A stretch of 64,000 nt of DNA, from IMG/VR virus record IMGVR_UViG_3300008110_000030, positions 62,001 to 126,000 of that record; one strand, written 5' to 3'. Below, piece after piece: positions 9,469 through 17,747 of the stretch. Position numbers and translations under genes: made by a program. The notes beneath the pieces are model-generated. The model was not told the origin of the DNA. It did no database searches and saw nothing but the letters and a program-made list of their open reading frames with translations. Position 1 is the first letter of the stretch, and each line of letters begins with the position of its first letter.

Positions 9469-9914
9469 TGAAAATTGGACTTAGTTATAGTCGCTGTGTT
9501 AGAGATATCGTTGACGGTGTGGTAGACCTAGACGATGTGCTAGTATTAATTACACGCACAGACTTTGATCCACACAATGACGAACAATGGGCAAGCATTT
9601 GGTTGGGGTACGGGGGCGGAACTGAAAATGCGTACACACGTGGATTCTTTAGTCACAGTAATCCTGAGTGGGCTGGATATCCTCCTGAAGAAGAAGCCAA
9701 ATTTCGTTTGATTAGTACTGAACTGTATGATCAAGGTAAATTGCATCAGCCTCGTAAGTTTGGAGCTCATCCAAAACGACGTCCTGAAATTTGGCTAGAA
9801 GCAGTATTACCAAACAGCGAGTTGGACAAAAACCCAGCAGCCAAAGCCGCTTGGAATAGATTCCAGATGATTGCTGGATTAACAAATGTAGAATTAGATG
9901 ACAAATATCAATAA
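9468..9914 (+). CDS. conserved phage hypothetical protein
   Basis: TAATG overlap; [14 protein letters not shown]...GKLHQPR. Confidence 0.7.
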   Translation: MKIGLSYSRCVRDIVDGVVDLDDVLVLITRTDFDPHNDEQWASIWLGYGGGTENAYTRGFFSHSNPEWAGYPPEEEAKFRLISTELYDQGKLHQPRKFGAHPKRRPEIWLEAVLPNSELDKNPAAKAAWNRFQMIAGLTNVELDDKYQ

Positions 9915-9924
9915 AGGAAACAAA

Positions 9925-10545
9925 ATGAGTTTAGTGCCAATGGTGGTTGAGAAAAGCAATCAAGGCGAACGTGCCTATGACATTTATAGTCGATTGCTCA
10001 AAGATCGTGTGATCTTTTTGAACGGTGAAGTGGAAGACTATATGGCCAATGTAATTATTGCGCAACTACTATTTTTAGAAAGTGAGAATAGCGAGTTGGA
10101 TATTCACTTGTACATTAATAGTCCAGGCGGTAGCGTGAGTGCCGGTCTTGCAATTTACGACACTATGCAGTTCATTAAACCTGATGTATGTACCTATGTA
10201 ATGGGACAAGCGTGTAGTATGGGCAGTTTCCTTGCACAAGCAGGGGCTCCTGGTAAACGAGTAGTACTACCAGAATCACGCACAATGATTCATCGTGTGA
10301 GTTCAGGTACTCGTGGTACAAGCGGTAGTATTCACGTACAAGACTTGCAATTTGAAGATGCTAAACGTAGCTTTGAAGAAGCACAGCGTATTAACAAACG
10401 TTTGACTGAACTGTATGTACGTCACAATACTGTAGGCAAAACTTATGAAGAGCTGTTTGAGACTATGAAGTTTGATACGTTCTTGAGTGCCTCCGAAGCA
10501 GTATCTAATGGTCTTGCTGACCAAGTGATTGCAAAACGTCCTTGA
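9925..10545 (+). CDS. clpP: ATP-dependent Clp protease proteolytic subunit
   Basis: [24 protein letters not shown], catalytic Ser in GQACSMGS, His in MIHR, Asp in DTFLSA; AAGGA RBS before ATG 9925. Confidence 0.95.
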   Translation: MSLVPMVVEKSNQGERAYDIYSRLLKDRVIFLNGEVEDYMANVIIAQLLFLESENSELDIHLYINSPGGSVSAGLAIYDTMQFIKPDVCTYVMGQACSMGSFLAQAGAPGKRVVLPESRTMIHRVSSGTRGTSGSIHVQDLQFEDAKRSFEEAQRINKRLTELYVRHNTVGKTYEELFETMKFDTFLSASEAVSNGLADQVIAKRP

Positions 10546-10552
10546 TCCATCT

Positions 10553-10576
10553 AGTACGCTAATAAATATGCGTACT
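10553..10576 (+). promoter_or_regulatory. T4-like late promoter box (TAAATA) in the loop of a perfect 7-bp inverted repeat
   Basis: AGTACGC-TAATAAATAT-GCGTACT; TAAATA at 10563-10568, upstream of a probable virion gene. Confidence 0.55.
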
Positions 10577-10586
10577 CGAGGGAACT

Positions 10587-11666
10587 ATGGCAGGACCTGC
10601 ATTTAACAGCAATCAGCTAATCAAAAACATACGTCCAGATCAACTGGACATACGTAAAGGGGAACTATCTGGAGATTTGATTTCAGGTGGTTCCATTTCT
10701 ACGTTTGCTTCTACTGGTATTAAAGATGAAGCAAGTCAAACTTCTCTCATTGTCAAAGATAATGAAATAATTGTTGACAACATTACTACCAAGCAATTAA
10801 CAGGAAATATACTAGTTGAAGGTAATTTACAAGTATCTGGTCAAATAACTGCTGACCGAATACATGTTCGAGAATTAACTTCAGATAGAACATATGATAA
10901 AATGTATCTAGAGTTTCAACCTGTAGATACAGCAAAAAATCCAAACGGTAGTGGACTCATTTGGAAAGGTACTGACTATACCAAATTATTTGTTCTTAAA
11001 ACAGACAAGTTTTTTAGTAGCGAACATATTGATTTACATGCTGATAAAAGTTTCAAAATTGACAATGTTGATGTACTAACAAAAAATTCTTTAGGTTCAA
11101 CTATAAGAAAAAGTAGTCTTAGAGAAATTGGAACACTACATCATTTAACAGTAAGTGGCGATGTAAGTTTAGCTGACTTTGTAACATTTAGCAGTGACCA
11201 ACAAAGAATATCAATTAACGTTGAACAACCTGTGGGCACTATTACCATAGGCGATGTTATGCAAGACGTAATCATGAACATTGATGTTGACAATGGTCGT
11301 GCTAAAATTGGAACCTATAATAATAGACCTTTTGATCTAACTGCTGGTGATCAAACGCTAGTAACATTAGATCCAAAAGGAATAGTTAGTGTTGGTCATG
11401 AATATAAAACAGACACTGAAATTCGTTTGTACGGCAAAGTAGGAATTAATGTTAAGCATCCTGAAGCAGATTTAGATGTTAAGGGCGGTATAAGATTTGG
11501 TAATAAACTTTTCATGGTATATAATTCTCCTCCAGAAAAAGGTAATTACAAGAGAGGGGACATAGTTTGGAACGAATCCCCTGCTATTAATTCACCTTTA
11601 GGCTGGGTATGTATTGTATCAGGTTCGCCTGGTAAATGGGCATCATTTGGGGACATTCATGAATAG
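10587..11666 (+). CDS. probable virion structural protein (tail-fiber-like)
   Basis: Beta-rich fiber-like repeats (GNLQVSG, GKVGIN...LDVKG), C-terminal GDIVWN...GWVC..G.PG.W; late-type promoter upstream. Confidence 0.6.
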   Translation: MAGPAFNSNQLIKNIRPDQLDIRKGELSGDLISGGSISTFASTGIKDEASQTSLIVKDNEIIVDNITTKQLTGNILVEGNLQVSGQITADRIHVRELTSDRTYDKMYLEFQPVDTAKNPNGSGLIWKGTDYTKLFVLKTDKFFSSEHIDLHADKSFKIDNVDVLTKNSLGSTIRKSSLREIGTLHHLTVSGDVSLADFVTFSSDQQRISINVEQPVGTITIGDVMQDVIMNIDVDNGRAKIGTYNNRPFDLTAGDQTLVTLDPKGIVSVGHEYKTDTEIRLYGKVGINVKHPEADLDVKGGIRFGNKLFMVYNSPPEKGNYKRGDIVWNESPAINSPLGWVCIVSGSPGKWASFGDIHE

Positions 11667-12006
11667 GCATATTAAAACAGACAAAATTAAAAAACAAACT
11701 ACTTATTGGCTTTGGTTTGGTAGGGTAAGTCCACTACTATTCCTTATTGGATCTTTTTCGTTATTTGAAATTTTCAATACACAAATACCATTCATTTTCT
11801 ATTCCAGTTGGATAATTTTTGTTACAATATCTTTAATTTGGTGGGCTTGGGTTCTTAGGACTATTTTAGAATTTATTAAATTTTTTCAAGAAGTCAGTCA
11901 CTCTGTTGAAGACATAAAAGACAATATAATTGAAGTTCAACAGAGTATAACAATTTTGAAAGATTTAGAGTCAAACATAAACAAAAAGATTGACAATCCT
12001 AAATAA
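11659..12006 (+). CDS. membrane protein (2 TM plus coiled coil)
   Basis: Two hydrophobic segments; ATG at 11659 after GGGGA overlaps the upstream stop. Confidence 0.6.
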   Translation: MNRHIKTDKIKKQTTYWLWFGRVSPLLFLIGSFSLFEIFNTQIPFIFYSSWIIFVTISLIWWAWVLRTILEFIKFFQEVSHSVEDIKDNIIEVQQSITILKDLESNINKKIDNPK

Positions 12007-12017
12007 TAATGTATAAT
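11990..12017 (+). promoter_or_regulatory. sigma70-type promoter for the queD-like gene
   Basis: TTGACA (11990-11995), 16 bp, TATAAT (12012-12017). Confidence 0.7.
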
Positions 12018-12024
12018 TACTATA

Positions 12025-12067
12025 TGCGGCCTTAGGCATTCATCCCGCAATATAAATTCTGCATGTC
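12025..12067 (+). ncRNA. candidate cis-regulatory H-type pseudoknot in the 5' UTR of the queD-like gene
   Basis: P1 TGCGG/CCGCA, P2 GGCAT (12035-12039)/ATGTC (12063-12067), A-rich linker; begins at the predicted transcription start. Confidence 0.4.
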
Positions 12068-12090
12068 ATTGTTCATAAAGGAAAACAACA

Positions 12091-12630
12091 ATGGCAAAAT
12101 ATCTTTCAACAAAAACATACGGTAACGACCGCGGCTTATCATGCTGTTTTAGACAGTGGCGTAGTACACATAGTCACTGCTCATTACTGCACGGATATTC
12201 AATTGGTATTAAACTAGTTTTTGAATCTGAAACACTGGATACTCGAAATTGGGTCATGGACTTTGGCGGACTCAAAGCATTTAAAGAGTGGGCTGACCAC
12301 ATGTTTGATCATACTTTGGTAATTGCTGAAGATGATCCCCATCGTGCCATGTTTGAAAAGATGGCTAGTTTGGGCTTACAAGATAAAGGTGGAGTGTGTG
12401 ACGTCCGTATCGTAGAAGGTGTAGGATGTGAAAAATTCAGCGAATTAGCTTTTAAAACCATGCAAGAAATTTTGGAAACTTTCCAAAGAGGCGAAGGTTG
12501 GGAATTAAAAGACCAAACAGGCAAAACAGTAAAACTGTTTGGTGCTCGATACCCAGTTGGTTCTGATGTTAAATTACGGTCAGTAGAAGTTTTTGAACAT
12601 GCGGGCAATTCAGCAGTTTACGAAGGTTAA
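12091..12630 (+). CDS. queD: 6-pyruvoyl-tetrahydropterin synthase / QueD-like T-fold protein
   Basis: HCSLLHGY, NWVMDFGGLK, FDH, GCEKF, VEVFEH; AAGGA RBS. Confidence 0.75.
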   Translation: MAKYLSTKTYGNDRGLSCCFRQWRSTHSHCSLLHGYSIGIKLVFESETLDTRNWVMDFGGLKAFKEWADHMFDHTLVIAEDDPHRAMFEKMASLGLQDKGGVCDVRIVEGVGCEKFSELAFKTMQEILETFQRGEGWELKDQTGKTVKLFGARYPVGSDVKLRSVEVFEHAGNSAVYEG

Positions 12631-12784
12631 GAAACTTTGGCGTCTTTGGGCTAAGGCTTTGGGTGAAAAATCCGGCAGTTCGGATGAAGAAGCAGATAAA
12701 ATCGCTTGCATTCGGACTGCAATTGTGTTAACATATATTATAACAAACTTTTTTATTGTAGCAGGCGTTATAAGGCATTGGTAA
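12593..12784 (+). CDS. small membrane protein, start uncertain
   Basis: LWRLWAKALGEK...IVAGVIRHW with one TM segment; fills the gap and is TAATG-coupled to the next gene, but no clear ATG. Confidence 0.5.
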   Translation: MNMRAIQQFTKVKKLWRLWAKALGEKSGSSDEEADKIACIRTAIVLTYIITNFFIVAGVIRHW

Positions 12785-13191
12785 TGACTACTGGATTTAC
12801 ATGTTCAACATTTGATTTGTTTCACGCAGGTCACGTAATGATGCTCAAAGAAGCCAAAGAGCATTGTGATTATCTTCTTGTTGGGCTACAAACAGATCCA
12901 ACCATAGATAGACCACACAAAAACAAGCCTATCCAAACAGTATTTGAACGTTTTATACAATTAAAGGCTTGTAAGTATGTTGACGAAGTTGTAGTGTATG
13001 CTACTGAAAAAGAACTTCGAGACATATTGCTTTCTTATCCTATTAGTATTAGAATACTGGGAGAAGAATATGCTGGTAAAGAATTTACTGGCGATGATAT
13101 TGATATGGACTTTTATTTCAATCGACGAGAGCACAGTTTTTCAACAACCGAACTAAGACAGCGTGTAGTAGACGCAGAAAGTAAAAAATGA
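12784..13191 (+). CDS. cytidylyltransferase (TagD/HIGH family)
   Basis: TFDLFHAGH, KYVDEV, R..SFSTTELR; ATG at 12784. Confidence 0.85.
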   Translation: MTTGFTCSTFDLFHAGHVMMLKEAKEHCDYLLVGLQTDPTIDRPHKNKPIQTVFERFIQLKACKYVDEVVVYATEKELRDILLSYPISIRILGEEYAGKEFTGDDIDMDFYFNRREHSFSTTELRQRVVDAESKK

Positions 13192-14204
13192 TTAAGCGCA
13201 TAGGCTTTGCATGTAAGTGGATCGACACTCCTGATCAAGTAGATGGTATCAGGGCTACTGATGATTGTAAGCAATACAACACTGGTGCTACCACCATAAC
13301 TTGGTTAAATAAACAAACAAAAGAAGTTGCTGAACAAAAGCTATGGGATCTAATGGTCCAGAACTTAGAAGCGACTCGTTTGCTTGTTGAAAGGGTAGGT
13401 AAACAACATGAAAGACTCCGCATGGTTCGCCTTAGTAGCGACATTCTTCCTGCTTATACCCAGTCTGATTGGAGTTACTTTTGGAGCAAGCCTGACGTTG
13501 TCCAGTATCTTGAACGCAATTTTATCCTTATTGGGGATAGTGCTCGTGCAAGCAATACCCGTGTTTCTATGCATCCTGGTCAGTTTACTGTTCTTGCTAG
13601 TGATAATCCGGACATTGTTCGGCGAAGCATAGAGGAGTTTGAATATCATGCAGATATGGTCAGGTACATGGGCTACGGTAAACAATTTCAGGACTTTAAG
13701 ATCAACGTCCACATCTCGGGTAGAGCCGGTCCCGAAGGTATTCGAGCTGCCTACAAAAAACTTACCCCCGAAGCAAGAAATTGCATCACCATTGAAAATG
13801 AGGAAATGAGCCATGGTTTATCTACTTGCTTGTCTCTTGGTGACCTTCTTCCTATTGTACTTGATATCCATCATCATTGGATTAAAGAAGGTGAATACAT
13901 CATGCCTAATGACCCAAAAGTACAGCAAGTACTTGACAGTTGGCGTGGTCTTCGCCCTACTATGCACTATAGCGTTAGCAGGGAAGACGTGTTGGTTGGT
14001 CATTGCACACTGACTAAACCTGATCACAAGACTCTGTTAGAGTCTGGACATAAAAAACAAAAACTTAGAGCACACAGTAATTTTTATTGGAATAAAGAAG
14101 TTAATGATTGGGCTTTGACTTTTAATGACCAATTTGATATTATGTGCGAAAGCAAGGCTAAGAACCTAGCCAGCAAGGCATTGTTTGACTACAGCAATAC
14201 TTGA
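13188..14204 (+). CDS. uvsE: UV-damage endonuclease (UVDE)
   Basis: RIGFACK, RLSSD, SMHPGQF, ITIENEE, VLDIHHHW, MHYS, MCESKAK. Confidence 0.9.
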   Translation: MIKRIGFACKWIDTPDQVDGIRATDDCKQYNTGATTITWLNKQTKEVAEQKLWDLMVQNLEATRLLVERVGKQHERLRMVRLSSDILPAYTQSDWSYFWSKPDVVQYLERNFILIGDSARASNTRVSMHPGQFTVLASDNPDIVRRSIEEFEYHADMVRYMGYGKQFQDFKINVHISGRAGPEGIRAAYKKLTPEARNCITIENEEMSHGLSTCLSLGDLLPIVLDIHHHWIKEGEYIMPNDPKVQQVLDSWRGLRPTMHYSVSREDVLVGHCTLTKPDHKTLLESGHKKQKLRAHSNFYWNKEVNDWALTFNDQFDIMCESKAKNLASKALFDYSNT

Positions 14205-14222
14205 GTAAGTAAACACCCAAAT

Positions 14223-14248
14223 AAAAACCCGCACTAGGCGGGTTTTTT
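14223..14248. terminator. bidirectional intrinsic terminator
   Basis: AAAAACCCGC-ACTAG-GCGGGTTTTTT between convergent genes. Confidence 0.9.
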
Positions 14249-14274
14249 GTTGCCAAGAAGATTATAACTTATAG

Positions 14275-14565
14275 TTACGCAGTCTTCTTAGGCGCCCTAG
14301 GCTTAGTACCAACTTTCTTTACAGCTGGTGTCTTTGCTGGGGCTTTTGGTTTTGGAGCTGCCTTAGCTTTTGCAGGTGCCTTTGCAGGTGCCTTTGCAGG
14401 TGCCTTTTTAGTTGCTGGCTTTTTCTTAGCTGGTGCAATTGATTCAACAACTGCTTGACTAGCTTGCTCAACAACTGGTGTTGTCGCAGGTGCTTCCACT
14501 TTATATGGAACTTCTGCTGTTACCGGCTTCTCTGAACCAAATAATGATTTTAGAAATTTAATCAT
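14275..14565 (-). CDS. Lys/Ala/Pro-rich histone-H1-like small basic protein
   Basis: AAGGAG RBS on the minus strand; KKAPAKAPAKAPAK tail. Confidence 0.75.
   Translation of the reverse strand: MIKFLKSLFGSEKPVTAEVPYKVEAPATTPVVEQASQAVVESIAPAKKKPATKKAPAKAPAKAPAKAKAAPKPKAPAKTPAVKKVGTKPRAPKKTA
14369..14404. repeat. 12-bp tandem repeat, 3 copies (TTTGCAGGTGCC)
   Basis: Three exact copies; encodes (APAK)3 on the minus strand. Confidence 0.9.
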
Positions 14566-14637
14566 AATTTAATCTCCTTGTCTTTTAATTATGCCTGTAG
14601 ATTGTTCGATAAATAAAATTGTGAAAGTATTAAAAAG

Positions 14638-14666
14638 TTGACTTAAAGAGATATTGGTGCTACAAT
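14638..14666 (+). promoter_or_regulatory. sigma70-type promoter (extended -10) for the suf-like genes
   Basis: TTGACT (14638-14643), 17 bp, TACAAT (14661-14666) preceded by TGn; a TAAATA box also lies at 14610. Confidence 0.75.
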
Positions 14667-14709
14667 GTTTACTGTGGGCCAAAAACTACAAAAACAATAA
14701 GGTTCAATT

Positions 14710-15435
14710 ATGTTAAAAATTACAAATCTCTCCGTCAATTACGACGTTATTCCAATTTTGGAAGATATCAATTTAGAAATCAATGAAGGCGAAATTCACG
14801 CCATTTTAGGACCAACAGGTTCAGGCAAAAGTTCCTTAGTCAGTGTTATTGCTGGCAAATCAGATCTTAGCGTTGTCAAAGGTAAAATAAACTTTAAGAG
14901 AAAATCTTTAAACAGTTTAGATCCAAATGAAAGAAGTAAATTAGGAATTTTTACAACATTTCAGGAGCCACCTGAAATTAATGGCATTACAAATTTAAAT
15001 TTAACTAGACAAATTTTGAATGCTCGAAATGATAAAAGATCATCAACTGACGTTATTAATGATTATAAAAATTTAATAAAACAATTTGATCTAGGAAGCG
15101 AATGGTCTAATCGAGATTACAACGTAGGAGCAAGCGCAGGCGAAAAAAAGAAAAATGAAATTGTACAGTTATACATGCTCAATCCATCTCTTACAATTTT
15201 AGACGATATTGACAGTGGCTTAGACTTAGACACACTAACTGAAGTATTTAAAAGTTTAAAATCTTTCCTCTCACAAAAAGGAAAGGCAGCTATCATTATC
15301 ACACATCAACCAACGATCCTTGAAGCAATAGAGCCCACACATGTGCATGTTATCATAGATGGAAGAATCGTGGAGTCAGGTGATAAGAAAATAATTAAAA
15401 GGATCATTTCAAATGGCTATCGAGAGTTTTCTTAA
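14710..15435 (+). CDS. sufC: SufC-like ABC ATPase with degenerate signature and Walker B
   Basis: EIHAILGPTGSGKSS, FQEPPEI, SAGEKKKNEIVQ, ILDDIDSGLD, IITH, VHVIIDGRIVESG. Confidence 0.85.
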   Translation: MLKITNLSVNYDVIPILEDINLEINEGEIHAILGPTGSGKSSLVSVIAGKSDLSVVKGKINFKRKSLNSLDPNERSKLGIFTTFQEPPEINGITNLNLTRQILNARNDKRSSTDVINDYKNLIKQFDLGSEWSNRDYNVGASAGEKKKNEIVQLYMLNPSLTILDDIDSGLDLDTLTEVFKSLKSFLSQKGKAAIIITHQPTILEAIEPTHVHVIIDGRIVESGDKKIIKRIISNGYREFS

Positions 15436-16237
15436 AGTTGATTCACAAGACCCAGATTGGTCAAACAGTCCTACACAGTACTTTGGTAAAAAATTTAAGG
15501 TCATTGATGCAAATTGCTTAATGATAAAAGAAAATACTGATGACTTGATGGTTCTACGTATGAATCCAACTGAATCAGATTTGTTATGCAAAAATTTACA
15601 AGTGCTTGGAAGAGACAGTAGTAGGCTAGACTTATTCATTCTATGCGATGGATCTAAAAATACTCAACAGGTTTTTATTTACAATGTAACTGCTGAACCA
15701 AATTCAATTATTAATATTGGGATTTTTGTTAAAGACGGGAAACTTAATAAGCATATATTTGAATGTGAGCTATACGAAAACTCTGTTATTAATATCTTTG
15801 GTCTAGCAGAAAATGGGGTTGGCGGTAGCAGTGAGATTATAAGCAAAGTTTATCACGCTGGTCCTTGTGCAGAGAGCAACACGTTTGTAAACAGTATTGC
15901 TGGAAAAAATAGTCGAACTGTCTTTCAGGGTATTGTTAAAATTGAAGAAGACATGATAGACAGCGTGTCCAGTGTAACTAATACCAGTATTGTCTGTGAC
16001 GAAACTTCACAAGCATTTAGTACTCCACAAATGGTTATTGACTGTGGACAAGTACGGGCGTATCATAGTTGTGAAGTTACTACAATTGACGAACATAGTC
16101 TATGGTATTTAGAAAGCAAGGGCATTGATAAAGTCAGTGCTGAGAACTTGTTAAAAACCCTGCATCAAGATAGTGTGTTGGAACTTATTGAATATCAAGA
16201 CATTAAAGATGAACTCAAAGATTTTTTCCAAAGTTAA
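15413..16237 (+). CDS. sufD: SufD/SufB-family beta-helix protein, most like SufD
   Basis: SRTVFQGIVKI, STPQMVID..V.AYHS, LWYLESKGI; lies between sufC and sufS. Confidence 0.75.
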   Translation: MAIESFLKVDSQDPDWSNSPTQYFGKKFKVIDANCLMIKENTDDLMVLRMNPTESDLLCKNLQVLGRDSSRLDLFILCDGSKNTQQVFIYNVTAEPNSIINIGIFVKDGKLNKHIFECELYENSVINIFGLAENGVGGSSEIISKVYHAGPCAESNTFVNSIAGKNSRTVFQGIVKIEEDMIDSVSSVTNTSIVCDETSQAFSTPQMVIDCGQVRAYHSCEVTTIDEHSLWYLESKGIDKVSAENLLKTLHQDSVLELIEYQDIKDELKDFFQS

Positions 16238-17357
16238 AAGCGATTTTACTTTACCAGACAAAACATACTTAAACAGTGCATCACAAACTATAATTCCTAA
16301 TCAGGTAAAGGATTCCTACCTTGATATTTGTAATAAAATTGATGCAAGGGATGAGTATGAGTTTATTAGACAAAAAGTAAAATTATTAATTAATTCTAAA
16401 AAAGACAACGAAATAATTTTTACTCAAGGAAACAATCATGGCATAAACATGATTGCCAAGAGCATTTGTCACAAATGGCATTCAAATGATTGTGTAATTG
16501 TTCCTGAAAGTGAACACCATGCTAATTTTCTCATTTGGCAATACATGTCCATTGAATATGGTTTTAGATTTGAAACCGTAAATGTTATCAAAGATGGCAG
16601 TATGGATCTTGGTCATCTTGAAGATTTACTCAATGGCTGTGATGGTAAGATATTGTTCAGTATGAGCCATATCTCTAACAGTATTGGTTATGTACAACCT
16701 GTTAAAAGTATATTTGATAAAGTCAAAGAATATGACGGGATAACTTTGCTAGATGCAAGTTTAAGCATTGGCAGAGAAACAATAGACGTGCAAGATTTCA
16801 ATATTGATTTTTTAACATTTACTGGACATAAATTTTATGGTCCAACGGGTGTTGGCATGTTATACGGGAAACAAAAGTATTTAGACAAGTTAGAACCTAC
16901 TATATTAGGTGATAGCAATAGTACACTACTCCCTTGGAAATTAGAAATTGGCAAACCCAACATTGCAGGGGTAGTAATGTTAGGTTCAGCAATTGACTGG
17001 TTCACTTCATATGATTTAGAAAGTTTTAAAGTTCATGACAAACTTATGAATGCAAACTTTCAAATGATGTTGAATGACCTTGACTTCATAGAAATATTCC
17101 ACCCAGGTTACTATAAAGGTGGCTTAATTGGCTTCAACGTACATGGCCACCATCCTGCTTATGTAGGAGAATTTTTACTTAACGAAGGAATTGTATTAAA
17201 ATATGGTCATTTAAATGCAAGACCAATTGTAGAAGAAAAATTCCCAAATGGAATACTTAGATTGAGTTGGGCTTGCTACAATACTAAAGATGATGTTGAA
17301 CATTTAAAACAGGGTCTTGTAAAATTCTACGATAAATACAATTCTAAAAGGACATAA
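16209..17357 (+). CDS. sufS: SufS-like class-V PLP enzyme lacking the catalytic Cys
   Basis: YLNSAS, EIIFT, SEHHAN, SHISN, FTGHKFYGPTGVG (PLP Lys present); KYGHLNA replaces RxGHHCA. Confidence 0.8.
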   Translation: MNSKIFSKVKSDFTLPDKTYLNSASQTIIPNQVKDSYLDICNKIDARDEYEFIRQKVKLLINSKKDNEIIFTQGNNHGINMIAKSICHKWHSNDCVIVPESEHHANFLIWQYMSIEYGFRFETVNVIKDGSMDLGHLEDLLNGCDGKILFSMSHISNSIGYVQPVKSIFDKVKEYDGITLLDASLSIGRETIDVQDFNIDFLTFTGHKFYGPTGVGMLYGKQKYLDKLEPTILGDSNSTLLPWKLEIGKPNIAGVVMLGSAIDWFTSYDLESFKVHDKLMNANFQMMLNDLDFIEIFHPGYYKGGLIGFNVHGHHPAYVGEFLLNEGIVLKYGHLNARPIVEEKFPNGILRLSWACYNTKDDVEHLKQGLVKFYDKYNSKRT

Positions 17358-17360
17358 AAT

Positions 17361-17747
17361 ATGGCATATTCAGACAAAGTAATCGATCATTACGAGAATC
17401 CTCGCAACGTTGGTAGCTTTGACAAGAACGATACCGATGTTGGCACTGGCATGGTTGGTGCACCTGCTTGCGGTGATGTAATGAAACTACAGATAAAGGT
17501 AGACAATGATACAGGTATTATTACAGATGCAAAATTTAAAACGTATGGCTGCGGATCGGCTATCGCGAGCTCGAGTCTCGTTACAGAATGGCTCAAAGGA
17601 AAAACTCTCGACGAAGCAGGAACAATCAAAAACTCCGAAATCGCCACAGAACTAGCATTACCCCCAGTAAAGATACACTGTAGTATTCTAGCAGAAGATG
17701 CTATTAAGGCGGCTGTAAATGATTACCGTAACCGACACAGCACGTAA
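17361..17747 (+). CDS. iscU: Fe-S scaffold IscU
   Basis: MAYSDKVIDHYENPRNVGS, APACGD, YGCGSAIASS, LPPVKIHCS; all three Cys present; TAAATA at 17333. Confidence 0.97.
   Translation: MAYSDKVIDHYENPRNVGSFDKNDTDVGTGMVGAPACGDVMKLQIKVDNDTGIITDAKFKTYGCGSAIASSSLVTEWLKGKTLDEAGTIKNSEIATELALPPVKIHCSILAEDAIKAAVNDYRNRHST

Noticed and set aside
12593-12784. Possible frameshift fusion of the queD-like gene to the following membrane ORF, which lacks an ATG
   Set aside because: No convincing slippery site or stimulator. A lost or non-canonical start is simpler.
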